Positions 18,131-27,078 of a DNA stretch of 64,000 nucleotides are shown piece by piece. Source of the DNA: Longimicrobiales bacterium (GTDB lineage: Bacteria > Gemmatimonadota > Gemmatimonadetes > Longimicrobiales > Gaopeijiaceae); NCBI GenBank assembly GCA_965249725.1, contig CBDFMQ010000002.1, positions 2,304,001 through 2,368,000 on the forward strand, in the 5' to 3' direction. The notes beneath the pieces are model-generated. The model saw only the letters and a program-made list of their open reading frames with translations. It was not told the origin of the DNA and searched no databases. Position 1 is the stretch's first letter; the number at the start of each line of letters is the position of its first letter. The position numbers and the translations under genes are program-made.

Positions 18131-19080
18131 GCAATCGTCACAAGGGCATGGCTACCTGGGGGGAGCGCCTGGTACCCCTCCCGGAGTTCCGAGCGGCGGC
18201 GGCCCAGTCGGGTCGACCTCTCTCCGAGATGGATCGACAGTCTGCGGTCGAGAAGTACTTGAGGCCGTTGAATGATGCGACTCCCGTCGAGGGTCCCTAC
18301 GACCGGATTGCCGTATTCGGAGGCGTCTACAACAACCGGTTCGGCCTCGAGGCCGTTCTCGACGACGCTCGCCGACGCGGGGCGGAGGAGTTGTACTGCC
18401 TTGGAGATCTGGGGGGGTTCGGTCCGAATCCGGAGGCGGTGTGGCCGCTCCTGGAGAGTGCCGGCGTCCGGGGGATCCAGGGGAACTACGAGCAGTCCTT
18501 GGCCTCGGACCGTGGGGACTGCAACTGCGGATACACGGACCCACGGGACAACCACTTTGCGGCTCTCTCGTATGGCTACACCGAGCGTCACTGCTCGTCG
18601 GGATATAGGGAGTACATGGACGGCCTCCCCTCCCGGCGCCGCGTCCGCGTCGGCGATCGGGAATTGCTCCTGGTCCACGGATCTCCGAGACGGGTCAACG
18701 AGTTCCTGTTCTCGTCCACCTCGTCCACGCCGTTCCTTGAGGTGTTGTGCGACGAAAACCGTTGCGACGGGATTCTGTGCACGCACACCGGTCTGCACTG
18801 GCACCGTCGTCTCCCGTCCGGTCGCGACGTGGTCAACGTTGGTGTCATCGGACGGCCGGCCAACGACGGCAAGACCAACGTGTGGTACACGATCATCTCG
18901 GCGACCGACAACGGGATCGACGTCGAATTGGTTCCGCTCGTATACGACCACGAGTCCTTGGCCGCCGAGATGCGCAGAGAAGACCTTCCCGAGGAGTTCG
19001 TCGAGACGATCCTCACCGGATGGTGGACGACGTGCCTGGAGATCCTCCCCGCCAAGGAGCGGGCGGCCTCGCGGTTCTAG
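18127..19080 (+). CDS. Calcineurin-like metallophosphoesterase family protein, Cys-rich
   Basis: LGDLGG, GNYE, VHGSP, THTG; DCNCGY and WWTTCLE; ATGA coupling to the radical SAM gene. Confidence 0.8.
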   Translation: MSNRHKGMATWGERLVPLPEFRAAAAQSGRPLSEMDRQSAVEKYLRPLNDATPVEGPYDRIAVFGGVYNNRFGLEAVLDDARRRGAEELYCLGDLGGFGPNPEAVWPLLESAGVRGIQGNYEQSLASDRGDCNCGYTDPRDNHFAALSYGYTERHCSSGYREYMDGLPSRRRVRVGDRELLLVHGSPRRVNEFLFSSTSSTPFLEVLCDENRCDGILCTHTGLHWHRRLPSGRDVVNVGVIGRPANDGKTNVWYTIISATDNGIDVELVPLVYDHESLAAEMRREDLPEEFVETILTGWWTTCLEILPAKERAASRF

Positions 19081-19091
19081 GGCACACAACG

Positions 19092-20321
19092 ATGACGAAG
19101 CCCCAACCTCGCATCGCTATTGTCGGCGCCGGCCCCGTAGGGCTCGAAGCTGCGCTCGCCGCGGCGGAAGCGGGCTACCCGTTCAATGTGTACGAAGCGG
19201 CACCCGGAGCTGCGGGACATGTCCGCGAATGGGGCCACGTAAGGCTCTTCACTCCCTGGGAACTCAACGTCTCCGCGCGGATGAGGCGGGCTCTCGAACA
19301 AGCCGGCACAGAGGTGCCCGCGGGAGCTGCGTGCCCCTCTGGGACCGAACTGGTGGAGAACGTGCTCGCGCCGGTCAGTGCCCTTCCCTTGTTGGCCGAA
19401 CACATCCACTACGGGGTTCGAGTTCACCGCCTCGGGCGCACCGGACTTCTCAAGCACGAGGAGATCGGCACAGGTCGACGAGCCCAGCACGCCTTCCGAC
19501 TTCTGCTCCGGGACGATTCAGGTCGTGAGTGGACCGAGGAAGCCGATGTGGTTCTCGACTGCAGCGGAAACCCCGAGCCGAACGCTCTGGGCGACGGCGG
19601 CATTCCCGCGCCAGGAGAGGCGCTAGCATCTCAGATCATCAGCCACGACATGCCGGATGTGTCGGATGCCCCAGAGGCTTGGGCCGACCGCACCACGCTA
19701 GTTGTGGGCGGAGGACACTCCGCGACCACGGCCGTGGCGGAGCTCGTCGAGCTCGCCGGCGAACGGACGGGGATCGAGGTCATCTGGGCTCTGCGGGACG
19801 CGACCCCGTCTTCGGATCCTGACGATCCGCTGACCCAACGCGCTGCCCTCTTGGACAAGGCCGCTGAGCTATCCGCCGATCCACCATCCTCCCTCCGCGT
19901 GCTCGTGGGGGTCGTTGTGGACGCCCTGACGCTCCAAGGCGGCGACAACGCGGAATCGGCGACCCCTCATCGAGCCCGGGTCGATCTCCGTCACAAGGAC
20001 GGAACGGTGGAGGCCGTGGAAGCCGACCGTATCTTGGCACTCACCGGGAAGGTCGGGGACCACATGCTCTACCGGCAGCTCCAGGTGCACGAGTGCTGGG
20101 CGACGCAGGGTCCCATGAAGCTCGCTGCGGCACTACTCGCGCAGAGTGGCGATAGCGGTGACTGCCTCGACCAGACCGGTCTCGGTGCGGCGACACTCGT
20201 CAACCCAGAGCCGGGCCTGTTCATTCTGGGAATCAAGTCCTACGGACGACGGAGCGACTTCCTCATGCGGGTAGGTTGGGAGCAGGTGGACGAGGTCTTC
20301 GGATTGCTGGCCGAGGGCTAG
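19092..20321 (+). CDS. FAD/NAD(P)-dependent oxidoreductase (flavin monooxygenase-like, of the type seen in ars clusters)
   Basis: IVGAGPVG, WGHVRLFTPW, VGGGHSA, PEPGLFILGIKSYGR..DFL. Confidence 0.8.
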   Translation: MTKPQPRIAIVGAGPVGLEAALAAAEAGYPFNVYEAAPGAAGHVREWGHVRLFTPWELNVSARMRRALEQAGTEVPAGAACPSGTELVENVLAPVSALPLLAEHIHYGVRVHRLGRTGLLKHEEIGTGRRAQHAFRLLLRDDSGREWTEEADVVLDCSGNPEPNALGDGGIPAPGEALASQIISHDMPDVSDAPEAWADRTTLVVGGGHSATTAVAELVELAGERTGIEVIWALRDATPSSDPDDPLTQRAALLDKAAELSADPPSSLRVLVGVVVDALTLQGGDNAESATPHRARVDLRHKDGTVEAVEADRILALTGKVGDHMLYRQLQVHECWATQGPMKLAAALLAQSGDSGDCLDQTGLGAATLVNPEPGLFILGIKSYGRRSDFLMRVGWEQVDEVFGLLAEG

Positions 20322-20330
20322 TAGCACAAA

Positions 20331-20360
20331 ACGGCCCGCCCCACCAAAGGGACGGGCCGT
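20331..20360. terminator. Hairpin between convergent genes
   Basis: ACGGCCCG...CGGGCCGT preceded by AAAA. Confidence 0.6.
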
Positions 20361-20379
20361 CTGCATTCCCAGGCTGAGA

Positions 20380-23300
20380 TCAGCTTCCCGTCTGGATGAC
20401 CAGTCGAGGGGCGAAGCTGAAGTCGCCCACGGCGCCTGCACCTTCCTTCGAGAAGAACACGATGCTTCCGTCCTTCTGACCGGCCACCTCGAGCACCCAC
20501 CGGGTGCGACCCTTCTTCAGGTCCTTGGTGACGTCGAAGCTCACCGTACCCGTCAGGTCGTTCATGATCTTCACACGATCGGTCCTCTTACCGCGCTTCT
20601 TGGCACCTTGCCATCTGTCCTTCTTGGCGCAGTCGCCCTTGTTGTTCGAGATGTCCTGGTCGGCAGAGCATCGCCACGTGGCGCCCGCATCGGTGCCCCT
20701 GAACTGCTCTGCTTCGGGGCCCGTGTTGATGCCATTGCCCTCGACGAAGTCGCTCTTCAGGTGATGGATGTCCGCTTTGACACCCTTGTTCTTCCAGCCA
20801 GTCGATCCATAGGTGGGATCGATCGTGAAGACGACCTGGGCTCCGGTCACCGTCGAGAAGTCGAGGTCAGCGACATCGAAGGCCACCAATACGTCCTGGT
20901 CCTTCTGAAGCTCCAGGCGTGGGTTGGCACCCTCGTTGGTGTGGCGATTGTCTGGGGCCTGAACCGTCTTCCCCTTCTTGTTGCTCTTTTTGCTCTTGTT
21001 GCTCTTCTTGCTGCCCCCGCTCTTCGCGCTCTTCCCGCTCTTTCCACTCTTCCCGCTCTTCCCGCTCTTGGCGCTCTTGTCGCTCTTTCCGCTCTTGTCC
21101 TTGCGCAGGAAGGTGTCCTTTACGCCGATGTCCACGGGCGGCGGTGGGTCGTCACTCGGCTCGACGAAGGTGTCGAGGCCGTTGAGTCCACCCGTGATGC
21201 TCGCGTCGAGAGTGAGGTTCTGAATGCGCACCTCACCGCTGGACGGGTTGATGCGGTATACCTCTTGGAGGCCGCGCCCACGAGTGGCATAGAACCGCCC
21301 GTCCGGGAGAATGCCCAACCCGTCGAAACCGAAGTCGAGAACCTGCCCATTCAAGCGGAGTTGGACGTGGGCAGACCCCGCCCCGGTCACCGGGTCGATC
21401 TTGAAGATCCGCGGGAACTGATCGTTGCTCTCGATCCCCCAGAGCTGGCCCGTCTCCGGGTCCAAGGAGAGTCCACCGTTGCCGACCACCAGGTTGTCGA
21501 AGGTCCCGAACGTGCCCTTCCGAGCGGCCAAGCCCGTAGCCAGATCGATCTTGACCAAACCACCATCTCTGATCACACGCTCGTTGATGAACTCGCTGCC
21601 CAGCAGCAAGCCGTCGGTGCCGAACTGCAGATCGGACAGATACTGGATGCCCGTGTTGCCGATGTGAGCGGTGATCTGGCCTGTGCCGGAATCCAGCTGG
21701 TACACGTGGGCACACTTGCCCTTGTTCGCTCCGTAGTTCGGCTCACTCGGATCTGGGAAGACCCCGTCGTCACATCCATCGGTCAGGTTCCCGTCCCGGT
21801 ACCGGGCGCTCGCGAACAGCCGTCCGTCCGCCGAAAATGCGAGCCCGGTCCAACCTATGCCCGTCCCACTGCCGCCCCCTGCACCACCGCCGGCCCCGCC
21901 ACTACCGTCACCGCCGCCACCGCCGCCACCGCCGCCACCGCCGACGGTAGCCGTCCCGATGAACGTACCGGTCCCGGCGCCCAGGTCGATCACCAGCAGC
22001 TCGCCGGCATTCGTTACCGCATAGAATTCGCCACCGGCCTGGGCGGGAACACCGCTCGGTACGCTGAAGGTCGCCGCACTCTCACCGACGTCGTCGCCCA
22101 TCTGGAGATTCACCGCGACGGGGGCGCCGATCAGGTTGTTGAGCGTGAGCCCCATCCCTTCTAGATGGAGGGTGCCGCCATCCTCGTCGACGGCCACTAC
22201 CGTGAGGCCGGGTCCTGGCGAGGTGTACTCGAATCCCCCAGCCACTGTGATGAAGGACCCCCCCGGGAGGGTGAAGACGAGGTCGCCCATGTTCATGACG
22301 AAGGCCTCGTTGGGGAGGTCCAGTCCGTTGTTGCCGGCTCCCATCGCGAAGGTCGCGTCCATCACGAAGTCGTCACCGCCCGGATCGCCGGTCGGATCGA
22401 AGTTCACGGTGGCGCTGGTCACCGAAAGCGTCAGGGCCCTCGGAGCCGTTGTTGTTTCGAGCCCGTTGGGGATCCCCTGGAGACCAGCCGGAATCGTGAG
22501 GCTGACCTGCGTCGCCTCACCCGTCGACGGGTTGATCTCGAAGAGCTGGAACGGGGTCCCCCCTCCACCTTGATTCGGTCCGCGGCTAGCGAACATCCGA
22601 CCGTCGGGCATGATCTCGAGCCCGTCGAACCCGTGAACAGCATTCGCACCGCCGATGGTCACCACGATCGCGGGCGAGTTTATGGCTCCCGTACTACCGT
22701 CAATCGTAAACAGCCGCGGTCCCTGCGGTCCGGTGGTGTCCCAGTGGAAGTTGTTCTCGATGCCCCAGATGACACCCGTGTTGGGATCCACGGACAAACC
22801 ACCGTTGATCAGTTCGAAGCCACCGTCGTAAGCGCCCGTCGTACCGGTGCTGAAATAGCCGATGGGGACGGCGGGCGATGTCGGTACTAAGGTGGCGTCG
22901 ACGGCGACGAGCAGCCCTACTGAGTTCTGCACATCGAGCATGCTACCATACACGGTTCCCGGAAGCGGGCCGGGGCCATCGATGTCCGAGACGTTCGCCT
23001 GCCCCACCGACCCTCGATCGGCGGTGACCAGGCCTGTGCTCGGATCGACGTTATAGAGGTGCGTGCAAGCTGCCCCTGAACCGCTCGCCGGGAAGCAACC
23101 GTCGAGACGAGGGTCATCCTTGGTTCGGCTGGTAGTGAAGACCGTCCCCGAGGCGTCCTTGGTGATCCCGGTCCATCCTGGCTTGATTGACGGAGTGCCG
23201 AACGCCTGGGATTGGCCGATCTGCCGGACAGATCCCGCATCGACGTCGATCTCGAGGAGCTTACCGGAATTGGTCGTCGCTAGCAGGACATATGCGTCAC

Positions 23301-23448
23301 CCACTGCGAACGCGGTGCCGTCGAACATCTGATATGGAAGCTCGGCCTTCGCGGGCCGTAGATCGGTCGGTGTCTCAGTTGGGGAGTCGTAACAGCCGGT
23401 GAGGGTCACCGCCGTCAGCGACAACAGAATGAGTCTCTTCACGGTCAT
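20380..23448 (-). CDS. Large lipoprotein: two beta-propeller-like repeat regions, Gly-rich insert, C-terminal DNRLRE-like domain with Lys-Ser-X insert
   Basis: Lipobox LTGC; repeated GWTG/LSVDP.TG.IWGIE/FDGL.I.PDGR blocks; DTFLRK-[KS tract]-NEGANPRLEL. Confidence 0.8.
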   Translation of the reverse strand: MTVKRLILLSLTAVTLTGCYDSPTETPTDLRPAKAELPYQMFDGTAFAVGDAYVLLATTNSGKLLEIDVDAGSVRQIGQSQAFGTPSIKPGWTGITKDASGTVFTTSRTKDDPRLDGCFPASGSGAACTHLYNVDPSTGLVTADRGSVGQANVSDIDGPGPLPGTVYGSMLDVQNSVGLLVAVDATLVPTSPAVPIGYFSTGTTGAYDGGFELINGGLSVDPNTGVIWGIENNFHWDTTGPQGPRLFTIDGSTGAINSPAIVVTIGGANAVHGFDGLEIMPDGRMFASRGPNQGGGGTPFQLFEINPSTGEATQVSLTIPAGLQGIPNGLETTTAPRALTLSVTSATVNFDPTGDPGGDDFVMDATFAMGAGNNGLDLPNEAFVMNMGDLVFTLPGGSFITVAGGFEYTSPGPGLTVVAVDEDGGTLHLEGMGLTLNNLIGAPVAVNLQMGDDVGESAATFSVPSGVPAQAGGEFYAVTNAGELLVIDLGAGTGTFIGTATVGGGGGGGGGGGDGSGGAGGGAGGGSGTGIGWTGLAFSADGRLFASARYRDGNLTDGCDDGVFPDPSEPNYGANKGKCAHVYQLDSGTGQITAHIGNTGIQYLSDLQFGTDGLLLGSEFINERVIRDGGLVKIDLATGLAARKGTFGTFDNLVVGNGGLSLDPETGQLWGIESNDQFPRIFKIDPVTGAGSAHVQLRLNGQVLDFGFDGLGILPDGRFYATRGRGLQEVYRINPSSGEVRIQNLTLDASITGGLNGLDTFVEPSDDPPPPVDIGVKDTFLRKDKSGKSDKSAKSGKSGKSGKSGKSAKSGGSKKSNKSKKSNKKGKTVQAPDNRHTNEGANPRLELQKDQDVLVAFDVADLDFSTVTGAQVVFTIDPTYGSTGWKNKGVKADIHHLKSDFVEGNGINTGPEAEQFRGTDAGATWRCSADQDISNNKGDCAKKDRWQGAKKRGKRTDRVKIMNDLTGTVSFDVTKDLKKGRTRWVLEVAGQKDGSIVFFSKEGAGAVGDFSFAPRLVIQTGS

Positions 23449-23724
23449 GCATTTCGCATCCCAAACGTACAGCGGGTAGATCCTCGGACACCGATCGAGG
23501 AGGAGTCCTGGGGGGACTAAAGGTTACATATCAACGTTGGGCACAAATAGGGTCAAAAGGCAACAGGGAGATATCGCCCGATAACACCGACAAATGCGGC
23601 TATTGCGGGTCGGCCCCTACGACTGGTAGCGTTAGAATCGGGAGTGTGCCTCCGCTCCCTTGGTTGGCGACGTGCGTCGACCCATGAAGATGAGCTTCAC
23701 CCTCTGACCTCCGAAGGAGGCGAC

Positions 23725-25144
23725 ATGCCCCGGAAGTATCGTCTGCAAGCCGTTTCTGCTTTGTTCGCACTGGCTGTATTGGGATGTGAGCAGGGCGTTA
23801 CTGATGTCGTCGGTCCGCCGACGAAGGATATAGCGAGTAGTCCGGCCGCCGTGCCGTTCAGTGGGACCGCCGAGATCGTTTCCGCAGTCACGGTGACGGC
23901 CGCGCCGACATTCTCGCGTGCCTGGAGTTGGACCATCGACAAAACGGTGGACCCGACCAGCACGACGATCTCGGCCGGGGAGAGCGTGTCCCTTGCCTAT
24001 GCGGTCGACCTCGACGCCGCATCGGTGGATAGCGATTGGGCCGTGAGCGGAGACATTTCTTTCGTAGTCCTGCCCCCCGCTTCGATCACGGATATCACCG
24101 TGTCGGTTGGTGGTACGCCTGTGGTGCCGACATGCAGTACGCCTGTGTTCACCCCCGGTGGCCCCCCCTTCCTCGTGTTGCCTCCGAGTCCTCCGGTGCT
24201 GTTCACGTGCTCGTACGCCGCTAGCCTCGGCAGCGGCTCCCCACTGTCGGTGGATGTGGTAGTGGTGGACGGCTTTGGACCACCTGGATTGGGGTCGGTG
24301 GGCGTCGACTTCGACGTGGCCACCACCGAAGTCGATGCCTGCGTCGACGTCACCGACAGCGAGACGGGCTCTCTCGGCACCTCTTGTGCCGCCGACCCGC
24401 TTTCGCAGGTCTTCGGATACGGCGTGACCATGGGTCCCTTCGTGGAGTGCGGCGACCATGTGATCGACAACACTACCGTCGTTCGCGGCTCCGGCTCCGA
24501 GCACCGCCTCGGGCTCCGCCACGGCATCCGCGACCGTAACCGTCGATTGCACAACCGGCCCGATCGACGTCATCGTCGACATCAAGCCGGGCAGCGATCG
24601 AAACCCGATCAACCTCGGCCGCGGCGACAAGAGCGCCAAGTCCGACAAGAGTGAGAAGTCGGAGAAGAGCGCCAAGAGCAAGAAGTCGAAGAAGAGCAAG
24701 AAGGCCAAGGCGACCCGAGGCAGGGGACCGAAGAGTGGCAAGAGCGCTAAGAGCGGCAAGAGCGCCAAGAGTGGCAAGAGCGCCAAGAGTGGGAAGAGCG
24801 CCAAGCGCGGTCGTCGCAACGCCAACCTCCCGGTCGCCATTCTCACGGCCGACGGCTTCGATGCGGCTGACATCGACGTTGGCTCCGTGACCTTGGGTGA
24901 GAGCATGACGGTCGGCGTTACGGTCAAGAAGAACGGCACTCTGCGGGCCGCCCTCAAAGACGTAGACAACGACGGGGATCTCGACCTGGTGATGCACTTC
25001 CGCATCCCCGCCCTCGTCGCCAGCGGAGATCACGACGAATTCACCACCGAGCTCTGCGTAAACGGGTCGACCACTGGCGGTGACGAGATCACAGGCTGCG
25101 ACTTCGTGACGATCGTCGGTGGCGGCGGCGGCGGGCCAGTGTAG
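23725..25144 (+). pseudogene. Lipoprotein with C-terminal DIKPG domain and Lys-Ser-X insert; one frameshift near 24495 (pseudogene or sequencing error)
   Basis: AAGGAGG RBS; lipobox VLGC; the alternative frame from about 24500 reads STASGSATASATVTVDC...VDIKPGSDRNPINL...DVDNDGDLDLVMHF and is continuous with ORF 24887-25144. Confidence 0.75.
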
Positions 25145-25174
25145 TCCCCGACCGCTCAAGCCCCCCCCAGATCG

Positions 25175-25211
25175 GGGCGGTCTCCCCACCGGGAGGCCGC
25201 CCCGTTTTCTT
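25175..25211 (+). terminator. Rho-independent terminator
   Basis: GGGCGGTCTCC...GGAGGCCGCCC followed by GTTTTCTT. Confidence 0.65.
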
Positions 25212-25405
25212 GTACCGCCACCCGGGGCGCTCGGTGACGGTTCAGTTTTCCACAATGCCCTCCCATTCAGGACACTCTTTGCCAGCGGACCGCACATTCT
25301 GCTAGCGGAAGCCGGCTTTCCACAGTGGGACATCAAGCCCCAAATCATCTCGGAAGGCATGCGCTGCAACGGTTTTCAGCCCCGAAGACCGCTTCTGCAC
25401 GCCGT

Positions 25406-25421
25406 CGGCACCCCGTTTGCA
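25406..25421 (+). promoter_or_regulatory. Putative sigma-54 -24/-12 promoter
   Basis: CGGCAC-N5-TTGCA about 135 bp upstream of ATG 25558. Confidence 0.45.
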
Positions 25422-25557
25422 CCAATCGGTGCCCTAGACGGCGCAAAACCCCAGGCAAATGACCCGGGAGTCTGCCTCTACTCCCCTCACAGTCGGCCCG
25501 AACCCAGATAGCGCGCCCCATGGACCGACCCTCGAAGAAAGCTCCAGGAGACATCAG

Positions 25558-27045
25558 ATGCTCCGAAAGCAGACTCTCTTAGTCGTGACGCTCGTACTGG
25601 CATTGACCCCGCTCGGTTGCGAGCTGTCCCTCACGGCTCCCGACATCGTGCCTGATCTACCCGACGCCAGAGACGCCAAGGACGCGTTGGCCATCGAGCA
25701 GATGGCACCTCTGGCGGCCGCCACAGTGCAGGGTCCGACCTGCGTAGCACCGGGATCGGCCATCTCGTGGTGGCCGGGGGAGGACACATACGACGACGTA
25801 GCCGGCACGAACCCGATCGTTCGCAATAGCGGCGTCGTGTTCGAGCCCGGCGTGGTGGGCCAGGGGTTCCGGTTCAACCAGGGCCTCGGTCAGCCGTTCC
25901 TGGAGATCGACGACTCGCCTAGCCTGCGGCCCGCGACCTTCACGATCGACTTCTGGGCGCAGCGTCTCAGCGCAGGCCAGAACAACGATGCGTTCGGCAA
26001 CATTCTCGTCGAGAAGGCGATCGATGATGCCAGCCTAGCCGGACTCGGGCTGTCGTACTTCGTCTCGTGGACCCAGGACGACCGAATCCAGGCGGGGGTG
26101 TTCTTCGAGGACGACGTTGCCGTCGACGTGCGGCTGGTCGGAACCTCGGTCCACCCGTTCGGCTCGGTCGTCCACATCGCCCTCTCGTTCGACGGCACGA
26201 CGGCGACGCTTTACGTGAACGGCACCGCAGAGGACACGTACGACGCCTCCGGGCGTCCGCCGGTGGCCTACGGTGCAGGGTCACTCGTGGTCGGAGCGAC
26301 CTACCTGGCCGCACGTAACGCGGGCTTCCCCAGATCACCCGACGGCATCGTCGACGAGTTGGAGATCTTCAACTTAGCGCTGGCGGCGCAGCAGATCCTG
26401 GACATCTACCAGACGAGCGGCGCGTGCAAGGTCGCGACGGAGCCCGAGCCGGAGCCCGAGCCTGAACCCGAGCCCGAGCCAGAGCCTGAACCCGAGCCCC
26501 CCTCGGACCTCGAGGTCGACGTAGACATCAAGCCGGGGCGCGACCGTAACGTGATCCGGGTCAAGTTCCCTCGGAAGTGGGGACACGACAAGAGCGCTAA
26601 GAGCGGCAAGAGTGATAAGAGCGGCAAGAGCGGCAAGAGTGATAAGAGCAGCAAGAGCGAGAAGAGCGTCCGCGGTCGCTGGCCCGGGCTCAATGTCACC
26701 GCAGCACTGCTCAGCAGCGACGGGTTCGACGCAGCAGGCGTAGACGTGGGGACCATCACACTGGGCGACGAAGTCGATCTCGACGTGGGCGTGACCATCA
26801 AGCCACGCAAGAAATGGCGCCGGAAGAAGAAGGACGATCGGCCGCCTCGCTTCCACGCGTCCCTCCGGGACGTGGACCGCGACGGCGATCGTGACCTGAT
26901 CGTACACTTCGGCCTGAACGCTCTGGTCCGCACCGGCGACCTGACCCCCGAAACGACGCAGCTCTGCCTCAATGGCGTGACGTCAGAGGGGGCTCAATTC
27001 CGTGGGTGTGACGAGGTCATCGTGAAGGCCAAGAGGCGGCGGTAG
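25558..27045 (+). CDS. Lipoprotein: LamG/concanavalin-like domain, (EP)n linker, DIKPG domain with Lys-Ser-X insert
   Basis: AGGAG RBS; lipobox PLGC; SWWPGE...FTIDFW...HIALSFDG...LYVNG...GIVDELEIFN.AL. Confidence 0.85.
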   Translation: MLRKQTLLVVTLVLALTPLGCELSLTAPDIVPDLPDARDAKDALAIEQMAPLAAATVQGPTCVAPGSAISWWPGEDTYDDVAGTNPIVRNSGVVFEPGVVGQGFRFNQGLGQPFLEIDDSPSLRPATFTIDFWAQRLSAGQNNDAFGNILVEKAIDDASLAGLGLSYFVSWTQDDRIQAGVFFEDDVAVDVRLVGTSVHPFGSVVHIALSFDGTTATLYVNGTAEDTYDASGRPPVAYGAGSLVVGATYLAARNAGFPRSPDGIVDELEIFNLALAAQQILDIYQTSGACKVATEPEPEPEPEPEPEPEPEPEPPSDLEVDVDIKPGRDRNVIRVKFPRKWGHDKSAKSGKSDKSGKSGKSDKSSKSEKSVRGRWPGLNVTAALLSSDGFDAAGVDVGTITLGDEVDLDVGVTIKPRKKWRRKKKDDRPPRFHASLRDVDRDGDRDLIVHFGLNALVRTGDLTPETTQLCLNGVTSEGAQFRGCDEVIVKAKRRR

Positions 27046-27046
27046 A

Positions 27047-27078
27047 ACGGGGTGGTCTCCTACAGGGGGCCGCCCCGT
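27047..27078. terminator. Hairpin between convergent genes
   Basis: ACGGGGTGGTCTCC...GGGGGCCGCCCCGT. Confidence 0.55.

Noticed and set aside
20968..21103. 9-bp periodic DNA repeats (also 24626-24805 and 26587-26667) as CRISPR or satellite DNA
   Set aside because: They are in-frame coding repeats with synonymous variation, no spacers and no cas genes. The antisense LFPLFP-type ORFs are shadows.
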